Source: Schizochytrium sp. TIO01 (taxonomy: Eukaryota > Protista > Bigyra: Labyrinthulomycetes). From it: a stretch of DNA of 64,000 bases. A program made the translations under genes and the position numbers. The stretch spans positions 372,001 through 436,000 of the forward strand of contig SMSO01000007.1 of the NCBI GenBank assembly GCA_004764695.1, given 5' to 3'. Shown piece by piece: positions 51,074-62,065 of the stretch (positions are counted from its first letter, which is position 1; each line of letters opens with the position of its first letter). The notes under the pieces were generated by a model. It ran no database searches, was not told the origin of the DNA, and was given only the letters and a program-made list of their open reading frames with translations.

Positions 51074-54000
51074 CTTTTGTTGTTTTTCATGTTTCCGCTG
51101 TCGTCCACGTACCCGCAGATTGATGGAAGAGTAGCTTCGAAAACAACCTGGATAGAAGCATATGATTGGAATGCTCCTTACTTGGTTTGGCTGAGTATAT
51201 TAGGTAGTGCAATAGTAGTTGGCGGTGTTAGTTAATTTTAGTTTGCTTCGGAAAAAGCGCAATCTCTCATTACATAATCTTCACTATAAAAGTGTCCTAG
51301 GTGCGAGTTAACTAACTACTACGCACTATTTTAGAATCAAATAAAAGGAAAATGAAGGTGACGCTGCAAGACATTAGTTGATTAAGGGTTATTAAGGCAT
51401 CACCAGACCCTTAGTGATATAGGTATTAGCAGCACTAGGAGCCCCGTCTAGGTCGAAGTTAAGAGATGTTTCTAGAGTGATAATAGTTACAGAACATTAA
51501 AAAAAATAATTAAAAAACCTCTTTAAAAAGTAACCTGTAAATAAAACAACTTGAAACAAACAAAGAGGTAAGTAAAAAAAATCACAGCAAGCAAACTATT
51601 CCGCGATGCAGACAGCCTTGAAGGCGGCCCTAGGACTGCGCGGCGGACAGGTTTTGCGATGCCTCCTTCAGTGCTACCGTCGCCCCAAAGCAAGCTTGAA
51701 CGCAATTTATGGATGGTACATCGGAGATCAGGCGAACTAGATTTATTGCTCGCTGATTCATTCTAAGAAAGAGTGTTCTTACCCCTGCGTCTACCCAATA
51801 GAATAGCAGTGTAAGTTTATTTAATAATAAAATTCACCGCCGCGGTGCTTTCATTTCCAATGTGGATCGCGACGAGTAGTATTTATTATTTGCAATCAAA
51901 TCAAATCGAGCTCGAAATAAGCCAAATCGGATCTGGTTAAATCGTGCATAATCCCGTCCTCAGCCAACTGGGGACGAACCGGTTCGTCAATTTGCTTGCT
52001 CTTCCATGGTCTCTGCTGCTTGAAAAAATAAAAAAATAAATCAAAAGAGCTGTCCATCCATCCCATACAAGAAAGCAACTATAAGTTATTGCGGTCTTTC
52101 ACTGAGAATGAGGCGTATTCAGGGCACCTTCACTTCAAGCTGTTCTTCATCCCTCGAGTAAAGTTTATTGATGATCGATTCTCAATCAATCGATCGATCA
52201 ATCAATCAATCAATCAATCAAAGTCGAGTGTTGAGCTCAATCTCTCGAGTGAATAATGCCGATTCTGGCGGAGGTTTTATTTGACCAGAAAAGGCCAGAA
52301 ATGCTGTGCGGTGGTTGATGGCGTTGGCTGATTTATGTACTCCACTCCATTGAATTTGATACTATGTGACTTGGTTTGATCAGGTTTCATGTATGCAGGT
52401 GATGCGATTCGCATGGCTGGATTTAGTGGCGCAAGATAAGGGTACCGACAGAGACGACCACAGCAAGCTTAAGGAGAAGCTAGCTAGCTTGCTCAGAGAA
52501 GCAGGCAAGGAAGAAACCAGAGAAACTTGAAGTTGAAGGTGGATTGCATGAAAAGCAAGTACGTAGGTACCCAGCTAGGTAAGCAAAGTTCTATGTCCAA
52601 TCGAAATCACTCGAACCTAGTACTTGGAGACATCCAAGAAGCCTCGCCTGTTATGTGGCGGCTTAGAGAGCGAATTGGTATCCAGAAGGAGACTGCCGAA
52701 CGCAGTCGAGAGCCCCGCGAAGTGTTGGCTCTGGACCAAGAATCCTTGAGAATCATGTGGAGATCGGGGAACATTTGTTTACAGATAGGTACGTACTTGC
52801 GATGCAACGCAACGCAATGCAGAGAGCCTTAAGAATGAAGGTTTAGTGCCTTGGGTGTGTATCTCCGTGTGTGGTTGTTTCGTGATCTTGTGAAGCTTGA
52901 TTTTGTTTTGCTGATTTGTTTGATTGAGCTTAGTCTCAAGTTGGTTGAAATAAAGACTAACGTTATCATTTTTTCACTCAATGAATTAATTCTTTGTTTC
53001 ATTCATGCGCAGAGCAAACTAAGAAAGTCGAGAAGAAGATGGATGCCACTTCTCGAAGTTCTCCAAAACAAACAATGAGTTGGCCTCTTCCACAAGAGCC
53101 TTTTCTTACATTTTTTCAATGTAATTTTAATTACTTTTTTAGAATTGAATTGAACAAAATAAAAAATGATTACACCTACGAGATACAGCCATGCTTGTCA
53201 AAGCTTTAGCTTGAGCTAGCAAAGTACAAAGGTACGATAGGCAGGTGGTACTTATCATCACCACAACAATACATCACCGATGCCGTTTTCTCCTTCTAGT
53301 ACTTTTTCTTTGAAAGTAAGTAAATAAATAAAGAAATGAAGGCTTTTCTTTCAATATTCCCATAGTAACTTTGATAGTAAGGTAGTAGCACCTGCCTAAC
53401 TCGAAGCGTAGAGATTGTTGATGAGTGTTTTTCGCTCAATGGAAGGACGTTCGAAGGAGGCCCTTTTTCCAACTCGAATGATCTTTGATGATAACTTCGA
53501 AGCTCGAAGGTCTTCATTTGATTTAATATAGTTTGTCTAATAGCTTTTAATCGATTGATCGATTAATTGATTCATTCATTGATTCATTCATTCATTCATT
53601 CATACAATGGTTATTTGCTTCGGTGCTTTCATCTGAAATTATGGGTTGTTGTTTTGTTGATTGTTGGGTGCTGATGGGGATAGGTAGGTAAGGAGGTACC
53701 TACGTATGTGCATAGGTACGCATATCATGCATGTTTGTTGTTTTGTTTAAGGCGTCTGCGGCGTGTGCGTGATACACTAAGCACGCACTTAATCTCAGCT
53801 AAGGTGTTCTTTCCTTTTCTTTTCACATTTTTCAATTAGAAAGGGTGGCAATGGAGGATTATTTTTTTAATTTTTTATTTTTTTTTACGATTATCCTTTT
53901 TCTGAAAGAAAAGGCTCATCATCGATTGTAATTGAAATGATGGCGAAAAGGTGAATGATGAAGAATGCATGAAATTGCAGTAAAATAGAAGTACAGTTCT

Positions 54001-55718
54001 CTGCGAACGTGGCCGAAGTCGATGCAGCAAAGTAAAACCAAAGCTGCAGCTGAAGCGAAAACGAGCTTCGCGATGACCGTACTCGATGAATTAACCTCGC
54101 GACTGTTGTTTAGCTGGTCTAGTTCTATTGACTTAAGTTTAATTCATTGGATTGTGTTCACGAATCTCTGGCTTCAGAACGTGACAGAGGAGCGAGAAGC
54201 TGGGAAACCCAAGAAGCGAGCGAAGCGAGAAAAAGCAAAAGCAACACTAGAGTAGAAGATACGAAAAACTCAAGCGAGTTGGAGTGTGGATACCAGTTTA
54301 TCATCCATCGATCGATCGATCCCGCGCGGAGCTGTAGTTCTATTAAGATTGCTGGACGTGTTGAACTAAGTTTTAATTAAAACTTGGCTCACTCACTCTT
54401 GGAGCAGCGAAGGAAGGAATGTTGAAAGATCTCCGCTGTGTTACAAACAAAACCCAAAACCTTTCTTCGTTGCGAACAAAAAATTCATAGCTCATGAAAA
54501 CGATCGGCAGACTCTTCATGATTGTGAAGTTCGCATTTTAACGAAGATTCGTCGCGATCGAGCATGAAACCAGTGCTCGATGGATGCTCCATAAGTTTCA
54601 TCAGATCTGTGAGAATGGTCGATGAACGAAAAACCCTTTTTAGAAAAAAGTAGAAAAAGAAACGAAAACAAAACTTTGAAGACACATGACATTCAGAAAT
54701 GAATTAAATAAATAAATAAATAAATCTAACAAAAAACATTATTAAAGTGGGATATATACTAATTACTACTCACTTTAGAAATATAGTAATAATAAATCGA
54801 TCGATCGATCGATCAATAGTTAACCAAAAGGAAGAGACAAAAGAAGCGCTCGATCCCCTGCGCAGACCCGCCCGCGGCAGCGGAGGCGCGGCCGCGAGGG
54901 GAGATAGAGGAGAAGCGCGTGGGCGCAAAGAGAGTCTTTGGTCAGGCTGGTATCATACGTTGCCTTCACGAGGACCGCGGCTTCCATCCGTTGATTCGTC
55001 CATCCGTTCGTTCGTTCATTGGGCCATTATTCGTTCGCGCGCCCGCGTGGCCTTCGGTCTGCTTGTCGCTGGCGTGCGAGCGCTCGATTGGTTGTGATCG
55101 TGTGCGTGAATACGTGCGCCGAAGCCTGAGGTCATCAAAGGTAACCATCTTGCGATCCTCTGGCCTTGCCCTATCACGCCTGCAGACAGGTTACGGAGCC
55201 TGGCAGACGGCGATCTGCGTGTCTCGTTGATCTATTTTCTGCAAAAGGTGAAATAAACCTCAGGACTGAGCCAGCAGATCTAAATCTAGTGAAGAGGTTG
55301 TCAGCGAGATTTCTATAGCTAAATCTCCCAAAGGGGTCCCTGTCTCTCCGTGAGAAGTCGTTGGCTCGTGCTTTGTTACTTTCCAAATTTCTGCCCATAT
55401 ATTCGCTTTGCGTTGGGATTGTCGTTTTCCTGATTTGTCTCACTCAACATTACATCGCTTGATCAAATCGAGCAACTAACGGCAAGGACACTACTTTGAA
55501 GGCATTAAAATTTAGTTACACAATCGACTGTGCGATCAGGGGTTTGAGTATTTATTTACTCATATTTTGGTGGAGTTGGGGAGAGCGTTACTTATTCAGC
55601 CATCAAGATTGGTGTTTGCAACTCCTCCCTAAGCACTAGCAAACTCAACTGCTGTGTTCACTCCCTTCGTTTGGCGTAGGATACTGTGTGGCGTAGGACT
55701 CTGTGACTATTCGCAGAG

Positions 55719-57203
55719 ATGCAGGCGGCAAATCCTAGGCTGAACAGGGAAAACCTGGACCCAGATGTACTCGCAATTTCGCAAGGTAACCTCGACGAGG
55801 TCCGTGAGCTTATTCCTCGCGTCATGGAACAGTTGACGTCTGACAGGGATAGCTTTGAGAGATCTGGACAACACCCAAAGATGAAATTCATTGCGGAGGA
55901 AACAGAAAGGTATTTGATGGATCTCCAAGGTTGGGCTAGCCGGGCTGAAGATTTGCTGGAACAACAGGCTGCCGAACAGGCCCGGGGAAGTAGCCACGAC
56001 TCTGAGGAGGATGAAGACGATGACGAAGACGATGCCATGAGTGGTGCGTCTGACGATAATAACAATAATGGCAGGAGTGGGGGTAGTTTTCAGCAAATGC
56101 AGCATCAGCAGATGCAGCAACAAATGCAAATGCAGTCTGGAATCGGAGGTATGATGCTCGGTGCATCAGGAGCTCAGGACAATGCTGCAGGTGGGACTCT
56201 GCTTCGTGCGCGCGTACAAAGGGGTAGGTTCACAGTGGGCACTTCGCACGGGCAACGCGTTATGGAGGGCTTGACAGATGGAAACGGCTACTTTCTGTTT
56301 GAAAGAGTGATCCGGGACACAATTTACGGCAACATCATCCGTTCTGTGCGAGCAACACGCAGTAGCGATGGCAACCAGCTCACGCCGAGCGATCAGCAAG
56401 TTGCCATCAAGGTTTTTCAGCTCCAGCTCGTCAAGAGCGGGCGCGCCCGGGGTGGGCAGCCCGTGCAGGAAAACCCGCTCGACGAGCTCTCATTTCAACA
56501 ACGTCTGAGCAGGCCTGGCCACCGCAACGTGCTAAGCCTGCTTGGCTGTTTCGAGGACCCAGACTACCTGTACGCTGTGCTGCCTCTTGCTGGCGCAGAG
56601 CTCTTCGAGCTGATTGCCACGCGAGGACCTTTTTCGGAGGCCCAGGCCCGGCCGCTCTTTCGGGACATGCTGAGCGCTCTTGTCTACGTCCACGATCACG
56701 GTATTGCTCATCGTGATGTTTCTCCAGAAAACTTTCTGATGGATCTTCAGACAGGACGTCACCCTATCCTTATCGACTTTGGACTTGCGATTCGCATGGA
56801 CCGTGCGACGCCTGGAATGGCAGGCCAGGACCTGGATAGACCCCAAGTTTGGGCTCCGATCCGCCACACAGGATTTGTAGGAAAGGTCCTCTATGCGGCA
56901 CCGGAGATGTGGGGAAACTTACCCTACGATGGACCTTCTGTGGACCTTTGGAGCGCTGCAGTGACGCTCTTTGTGTGTATTTTCCAGGCGCCACCCTGGG
57001 AGCGAGCTAGAGCCTCACGAAGACGTGATGGCTATGTGAACATTGTGTTGCAGCACCAGCTGAGAGCGGTCCTGCGCACGTGGAACTTTCCAGCATCGGA
57101 CTCACTTATTGACCTCTTGCAGGGTATCTTTAGGGAAGATCCAAGGGAACGGTTTTCGTTGCAAACTGTTCTGCAGCATCCATGGCTCCACGAAGATACG
57201 TAA
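55719..57203 (+). CDS. Ser/Thr protein kinase, CAMK-like, with N-terminal helical, acidic and Gln-rich extension
   Basis: 494-aa ORF with VAIK, ENPLDE (alphaC), HRNVL, HRDVSPEN, DFGLA, GKVLYAAPE, DLWS, PRER and HPWL. Confidence 0.95.
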   Translation: MQAANPRLNRENLDPDVLAISQGNLDEVRELIPRVMEQLTSDRDSFERSGQHPKMKFIAEETERYLMDLQGWASRAEDLLEQQAAEQARGSSHDSEEDEDDDEDDAMSGASDDNNNNGRSGGSFQQMQHQQMQQQMQMQSGIGGMMLGASGAQDNAAGGTLLRARVQRGRFTVGTSHGQRVMEGLTDGNGYFLFERVIRDTIYGNIIRSVRATRSSDGNQLTPSDQQVAIKVFQLQLVKSGRARGGQPVQENPLDELSFQQRLSRPGHRNVLSLLGCFEDPDYLYAVLPLAGAELFELIATRGPFSEAQARPLFRDMLSALVYVHDHGIAHRDVSPENFLMDLQTGRHPILIDFGLAIRMDRATPGMAGQDLDRPQVWAPIRHTGFVGKVLYAAPEMWGNLPYDGPSVDLWSAAVTLFVCIFQAPPWERARASRRRDGYVNIVLQHQLRAVLRTWNFPASDSLIDLLQGIFREDPRERFSLQTVLQHPWLHEDT

Positions 57204-59200
57204 AAGTTGGAAACGCTCATATCCATCGACATGAACAAAAAACTTTTCAACTCATCCGCTCCCCCTTTTCCCGCTTTCGCGTTCCACTTTACTACACATA
57301 TAAACGCCTCTTGCATAGACACATACATAGTTACATATACAGACAGACCTACCTAGCCATTACAGCCACCTTCTTACTTTCACACTCATTGATCTGACGT
57401 ATCGCTAGCAGACCACAGACAAATTTAGTAACGACGAATGGCCTTGCTCCCTCGCAGGATTTAGGGCTTTGCCTGTGCTAAGACATATCCATATACGCAG
57501 ATACTGACTGGCAGCCTGGCTGATTGACTGGCAGCCTGACGATCATCCGAATATACGCAGTCAGTCATACGGATAGACAGATCGAATACCTAGATGAGCT
57601 CAGAGTCTCGCAACCGACACGCATACATACATACTTACATACTTACATACTTACATATATACTTACAAATTCATTGTGCGCGCCCATTCATCACCTCTGA
57701 TTGACTCGGATGTGCGTGGACGTTGCGCTTGGCGAATGATTAAGATGAACTCAATCGCAAAATACCAAAAAACAGCAAATCTACCTTCCCTTTCTCACAT
57801 TTCCTGAATGGCGACTTAAGATTTCTTTAATCTTGCTCCTGCCTGCTGCTGATAACATTACTCGCCCCCCACTCCCTCGGCAGCTATACGATCAAGCATT
57901 ACCACGTTCCTATTCTTTTGTGATTGATTGCTTCCCTCCCAGTTATCGCATAGAGAATATGTTCTCGTTCTTACTCTCAAAGTCTTGTCTTCTCACTGCA
58001 TCTTGCCAATGGTGGATACCAAGACTCCAAATTATTCTCCGCTTCTAACCACACAAATGGATGAGAGCGCCTGATGACCTGTGCCATGTCACATAGATTG
58101 GACCGATCTTTAATGCTTCTCTTTGCATCTCTTATTTCTGATCTATCGATCCAGACTCCTTCCCATTGAGAAATCCACCACGTCCAAGCAAGACCATTTG
58201 CTGTTTTCACCTATTTGCATTAAGTGATGGTTTACTTGAAATGTCCAGGCAGCATCACACTCTATTCCCACAAATTTATCGTCGTTGCCTTTTTCCTAGT
58301 TTCCAGTGGTATCCGAGCTATTATTCGCTCGAAAGGAATGTGTATGCACCATGCAATGTCAATGTCTTCCTTCTTTCCGTGAATGGCCTCAACATGCAAA
58401 TGCAGGCAGCGAACTTGGAACAGTGCATGCCTTTAGATTTGTTATTGTGCATCAACCTGCCAACCGTTGTTCATGACCTTTGCTCCGGACATTCACACGA
58501 GGCCAATGAGCAGCCGCCCTGCGACACACCTCCTTATCATCGTAGATAATGAATGATACGTAAATAAATATCTCACAACGAGTTAATTTAACTTTTGATG
58601 CTTTTACTTATTTATGTTTTTAAATTTAACCAAGAACGCACAGAAACTTCCTATTAAGCAGACAGCGACCCTCTTTAAACTGGGTTGCGCTTGTGAGAGA
58701 TAAGGGAAGCTTCGGAGTGTGTAAACCATCAATGCATCAATGCATTGATAATTTTCAATTCTCATAGCACTTCTGTTCAATAAACTTTGCAAGTTATGTC
58801 ATACACCCATTTGCTTTCCAGTAAGATGGAGATTTAAAGTGCAGTCAGGAATGCTTTACAACACAGTGTGCAACATATGAATTTAGCTATCTAATTCGTG
58901 AATCTGCACCAAATAAATACAACTTGTTTGGGTCAGATGCCGTTGTATTGTTGTCATCTCAAAGGGATATACAGTGAATGTAAAAATAAAAAAAGAAAAC
59001 AAATAGCAGCTTTAACAAACAGTACTACCATAATGGGATAAAACGAAAATAGATGTAGACACCCACTCATAGGATGAAAAGGGCAGCTTCCTGATATAAC
59101 AATGCAGAAAATCTTCATGTGAAGAAGTAAGAAAGTCATGCAAAGTACATGGAGTGACCCAGCTATGGAAAGCAACCAAACCAAATCATAGTTGAACAGA

Positions 59201-62065
59201 CTATAAGGACAAGTGATCTCCTTCTTCAAATTGTTTGCGCCTATTATGCCGGTTTACTCCAAACATAGTCGAGAATCGCGAAGTTGTCCTACTTTGTCCC
59301 TCCTGTTGCTTGAGCTTCTCCAAACGAAGTTGCTCTTGTAGGTCAGCATGCTCTTTACGAAGACTCTGGATTGATTTGGTGCCATCATATGGCGTTGCTC
59401 GCGCACGCTCGCGTTCCACAGCAGCTTTCGACGCCATCATTGCATGACTTGTCATAGTGTATTCCGAATTTGGATCATACTGAGTCTGCCGCTCAAGATT
59501 ATACAGTCTACCATTCTCAATGTAAGCTTTGTCTCTCAGCCACTTGCGACGGTACCAAAGCATTATAAATGCACATAATGAGAAGGCCACAAATGCAGCA
59601 GCTCCACCAGCAGAGGCTTTGATGATCTTGTCACGGTTGTTGTTGGTAGTGCCGGTGTAAGTGTCAGGAGAAGGAGTTGGGCGAGCCGTTACAGGTATCA
59701 TCCGCACAGCACCCTGTGCTGAAGCCGCCCATTCATAGTTTAAAGTTGTAACGGTGGCGTTCAACAAGGTCACATTGGAGTTTACGGAGTCGATCTGCTC
59801 ATAGTCAACTTGGAAAGTACATCCCTCGCCAGTGCATACATACATATCAAATGTAGCCTGGATAGTTGTTGCGAGCGAGGCCGTGTAAGTTCCATCACGA
59901 TTGTCGACAATTGTTCCATTAATTACAGCTGGTTCTAGCGCTCCACCATAATATGTTGTGACGCTACTATCCAACGTTCGTCGCAGCAGACGCCCAGTGG
60001 TATTCGTGGAACCATCATCTTCGAGCCGCTCCACAAATAAAGCGCTCATCAAGGAACCTTCTCCACCATATGAGACAGAGTACTCACACAAATCACGATA
60101 CTGAACTGCAAGTCCGCCCAAGCTAGAGCCATCTGCCGGAACAAGAACAGGCTCATCCAACATTTCACCGTCCTGAAAATCCACAGCCTCTGTAGCACTT
60201 GAATCCACGGAAACAGTTGTGATAGTGAGATTTAGTAAGCTCAATGGGGAGGGTGTATCTTGCGATGTGGCGGACGTGATGCCAACGTAGGCGTTGCGAC
60301 CTCCAAGGATATCCTGAACTGTGAAGTTTTCCTGGCGAAGATACAAAGAGTCGTCAATGTAAACCTGAAGCCAGTTTGGAGTTGCAAAATATTCAACACG
60401 GATTGTGTGGTTCTCACCGCTAATGCTCAAGCTACGCATAATTCTGTCCGTAACATGTGCAGATCCTTCCTTATACCCAATCAGACCGTCTGTGGAGTTT
60501 GCATAGTGGACAGTAACTGACTGCTCTGAGCATGTCCCAGTATCGCGATCCTCACAAAGGTCAAACACTATAGCTACAGCATTCGTAAGGAATCGATAGT
60601 TGAGCCCAGCGCCGGTTGTAACTGGCATATTGTCTAAACCATCAGGGCGGTCATGCAAAACAATAGCAAACCCCTCACTTCTACCAATCGAAGAGAGTTG
60701 CACGTCAAGGTCAATGACAAATCCAGCGCCCACATTTTGTTGCTGCTGTAAGTATGCGGAAACAGGTGTACTCTTGGGGGTTTCACTAGTTATCAAATTC
60801 AGAACTGGACTCGAATCTGTGGTGTCCCAGGTCGCATCGCTAGATAGAAACCAGTCTGATGAAATGTCTTGTGTAGTCCACGAGAATGAACTAGACCCTG
60901 ACTTTACCACATTACAGGTAGTAGCAAGGGTTGTGCTCATTTTGAAGTTTGACTCATCTGTGTGACGCTCTGCATGAAAGAGACTAAACGAGTACGTTTG
61001 ATTCAGTTCCAAGCCAAACTCTGCAGCAAAGGAATCAAGGTCTACAGAGCCTGATCTTGAAGGGTGCAAGCCACCGAGGTCAACAGCTAGCTTGTTATCG
61101 ATAAATACCCAAACATCATCATCACCGTCAAACTCAAAAGACTCCCCGCCATTGTATTGAAAATATGTGTGAATTTCTGTTGTAAACCAGAATTTATTGG
61201 AAGTGACCGAATTGGAGGAAGGAAAGTCGATGTAGCTGTGAGGCCAGGCTGGTGACTCGGCCTTCGTGTAGTCATCTTGTGTCAATGTGTTGAACTTTTT
61301 CAGAGGAATAAAGTATGGGGAGTATGTGTTAGTAACGCTTGATGATGCAGAACTGCTAGCTGCATCAAAAACGTACTCACCACTTGAGGATTGGTAATCA
61401 AGTTGCAATTTTAGACCAACACGTTTGTTGTACGTTGAGTCATCATTGTACCAAGATTTGAAGTTTGTTCCGTTTGACATTGTACAACGCCCAGAGCTAG
61501 AACAACCGCACCGAGATCCATCGTCAGAGCAATATTGCACTTTGGGCAAACCTGATGTGGCAGTTATCGTGTTGTTTTTAACGGTGGCGTTAATTGATTC
61601 ACAAGAATCAATGGTACCACGAACACAACTTGGGCCATTCACGTAGGTATTAAACCCACCATATACCTCAAAATCTGGATGGCCCTTAATATCCCCAACC
61701 CGTAACGAGTCCCAGTATGGGCAGTAGTTACCCACCATGCTCCAAGACGTCCCATATGGGTATGGGATCCAGAATTGAGAGCTCTCAGATGTGTCACTTT
61801 CTAAATCCGCTACATCTGTATAAGTCGAAAACCAGTCGTCCTGGATACCACCAAATGTATTACCAGATCCCCATGCACTCAAGTATTCTGATTCTTGTAA
61901 GCATCCAGAAGGCATAAAGTCACGGATTGTCATGGTATAGGTAATAGAGCTTTGTGCATCAACAGTTCCCAAAGAAACTACAAACGCCACGATGGCCATA
62001 GCCGTGGCTGTTGCTCCAGAGACATGCTGTTTTTGTGGTCCCGCATAGAGATCTGCAAGCACCAT
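59201..62065 (-). CDS. Single-pass surface protein: signal peptide + fibro-slime/PA14 domain + L-type (ConA-like) lectin + filamin/Ig-like domain + TM + cytoplasmic coiled coil
   Basis: 954 aa. Fibro-slime motifs: TIRDF, HPDFE, FWFTTEIHTYFQY.GGE.FEF.GDDDVWVFIDNKLAVDLGGLH, FHAERH. Lectin motifs: EGFAIVLH, AVAIVFD, HTIRVEY, AYVGITSAT. Filamin/Ig-like 'IVDNRDGTYTASL'. TM 'AAAFVAFSLCAFIMLWY' followed by RRK. Confidence 0.93.
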   Translation of the reverse strand: MVLADLYAGPQKQHVSGATATAMAIVAFVVSLGTVDAQSSITYTMTIRDFMPSGCLQESEYLSAWGSGNTFGGIQDDWFSTYTDVADLESDTSESSQFWIPYPYGTSWSMVGNYCPYWDSLRVGDIKGHPDFEVYGGFNTYVNGPSCVRGTIDSCESINATVKNNTITATSGLPKVQYCSDDGSRCGCSSSGRCTMSNGTNFKSWYNDDSTYNKRVGLKLQLDYQSSSGEYVFDAASSSASSSVTNTYSPYFIPLKKFNTLTQDDYTKAESPAWPHSYIDFPSSNSVTSNKFWFTTEIHTYFQYNGGESFEFDGDDDVWVFIDNKLAVDLGGLHPSRSGSVDLDSFAAEFGLELNQTYSFSLFHAERHTDESNFKMSTTLATTCNVVKSGSSSFSWTTQDISSDWFLSSDATWDTTDSSPVLNLITSETPKSTPVSAYLQQQQNVGAGFVIDLDVQLSSIGRSEGFAIVLHDRPDGLDNMPVTTGAGLNYRFLTNAVAIVFDLCEDRDTGTCSEQSVTVHYANSTDGLIGYKEGSAHVTDRIMRSLSISGENHTIRVEYFATPNWLQVYIDDSLYLRQENFTVQDILGGRNAYVGITSATSQDTPSPLSLLNLTITTVSVDSSATEAVDFQDGEMLDEPVLVPADGSSLGGLAVQYRDLCEYSVSYGGEGSLMSALFVERLEDDGSTNTTGRLLRRTLDSSVTTYYGGALEPAVINGTIVDNRDGTYTASLATTIQATFDMYVCTGEGCTFQVDYEQIDSVNSNVTLLNATVTTLNYEWAASAQGAVRMIPVTARPTPSPDTYTGTTNNNRDKIIKASAGGAAAFVAFSLCAFIMLWYRRKWLRDKAYIENGRLYNLERQTQYDPNSEYTMTSHAMMASKAAVERERARATPYDGTKSIQSLRKEHADLQEQLRLEKLKQQEGQSRTTSRFSTMFGVNRHNRRKQFEEGDHLSL

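Noticed and set aside
57491-57560. Short direct repeats (tgactggcagcctg x2, atatacgcag x2) in the kinase 3' region
   Set aside because: Two copies only with no spacer structure; local duplication, not CRISPR-like.
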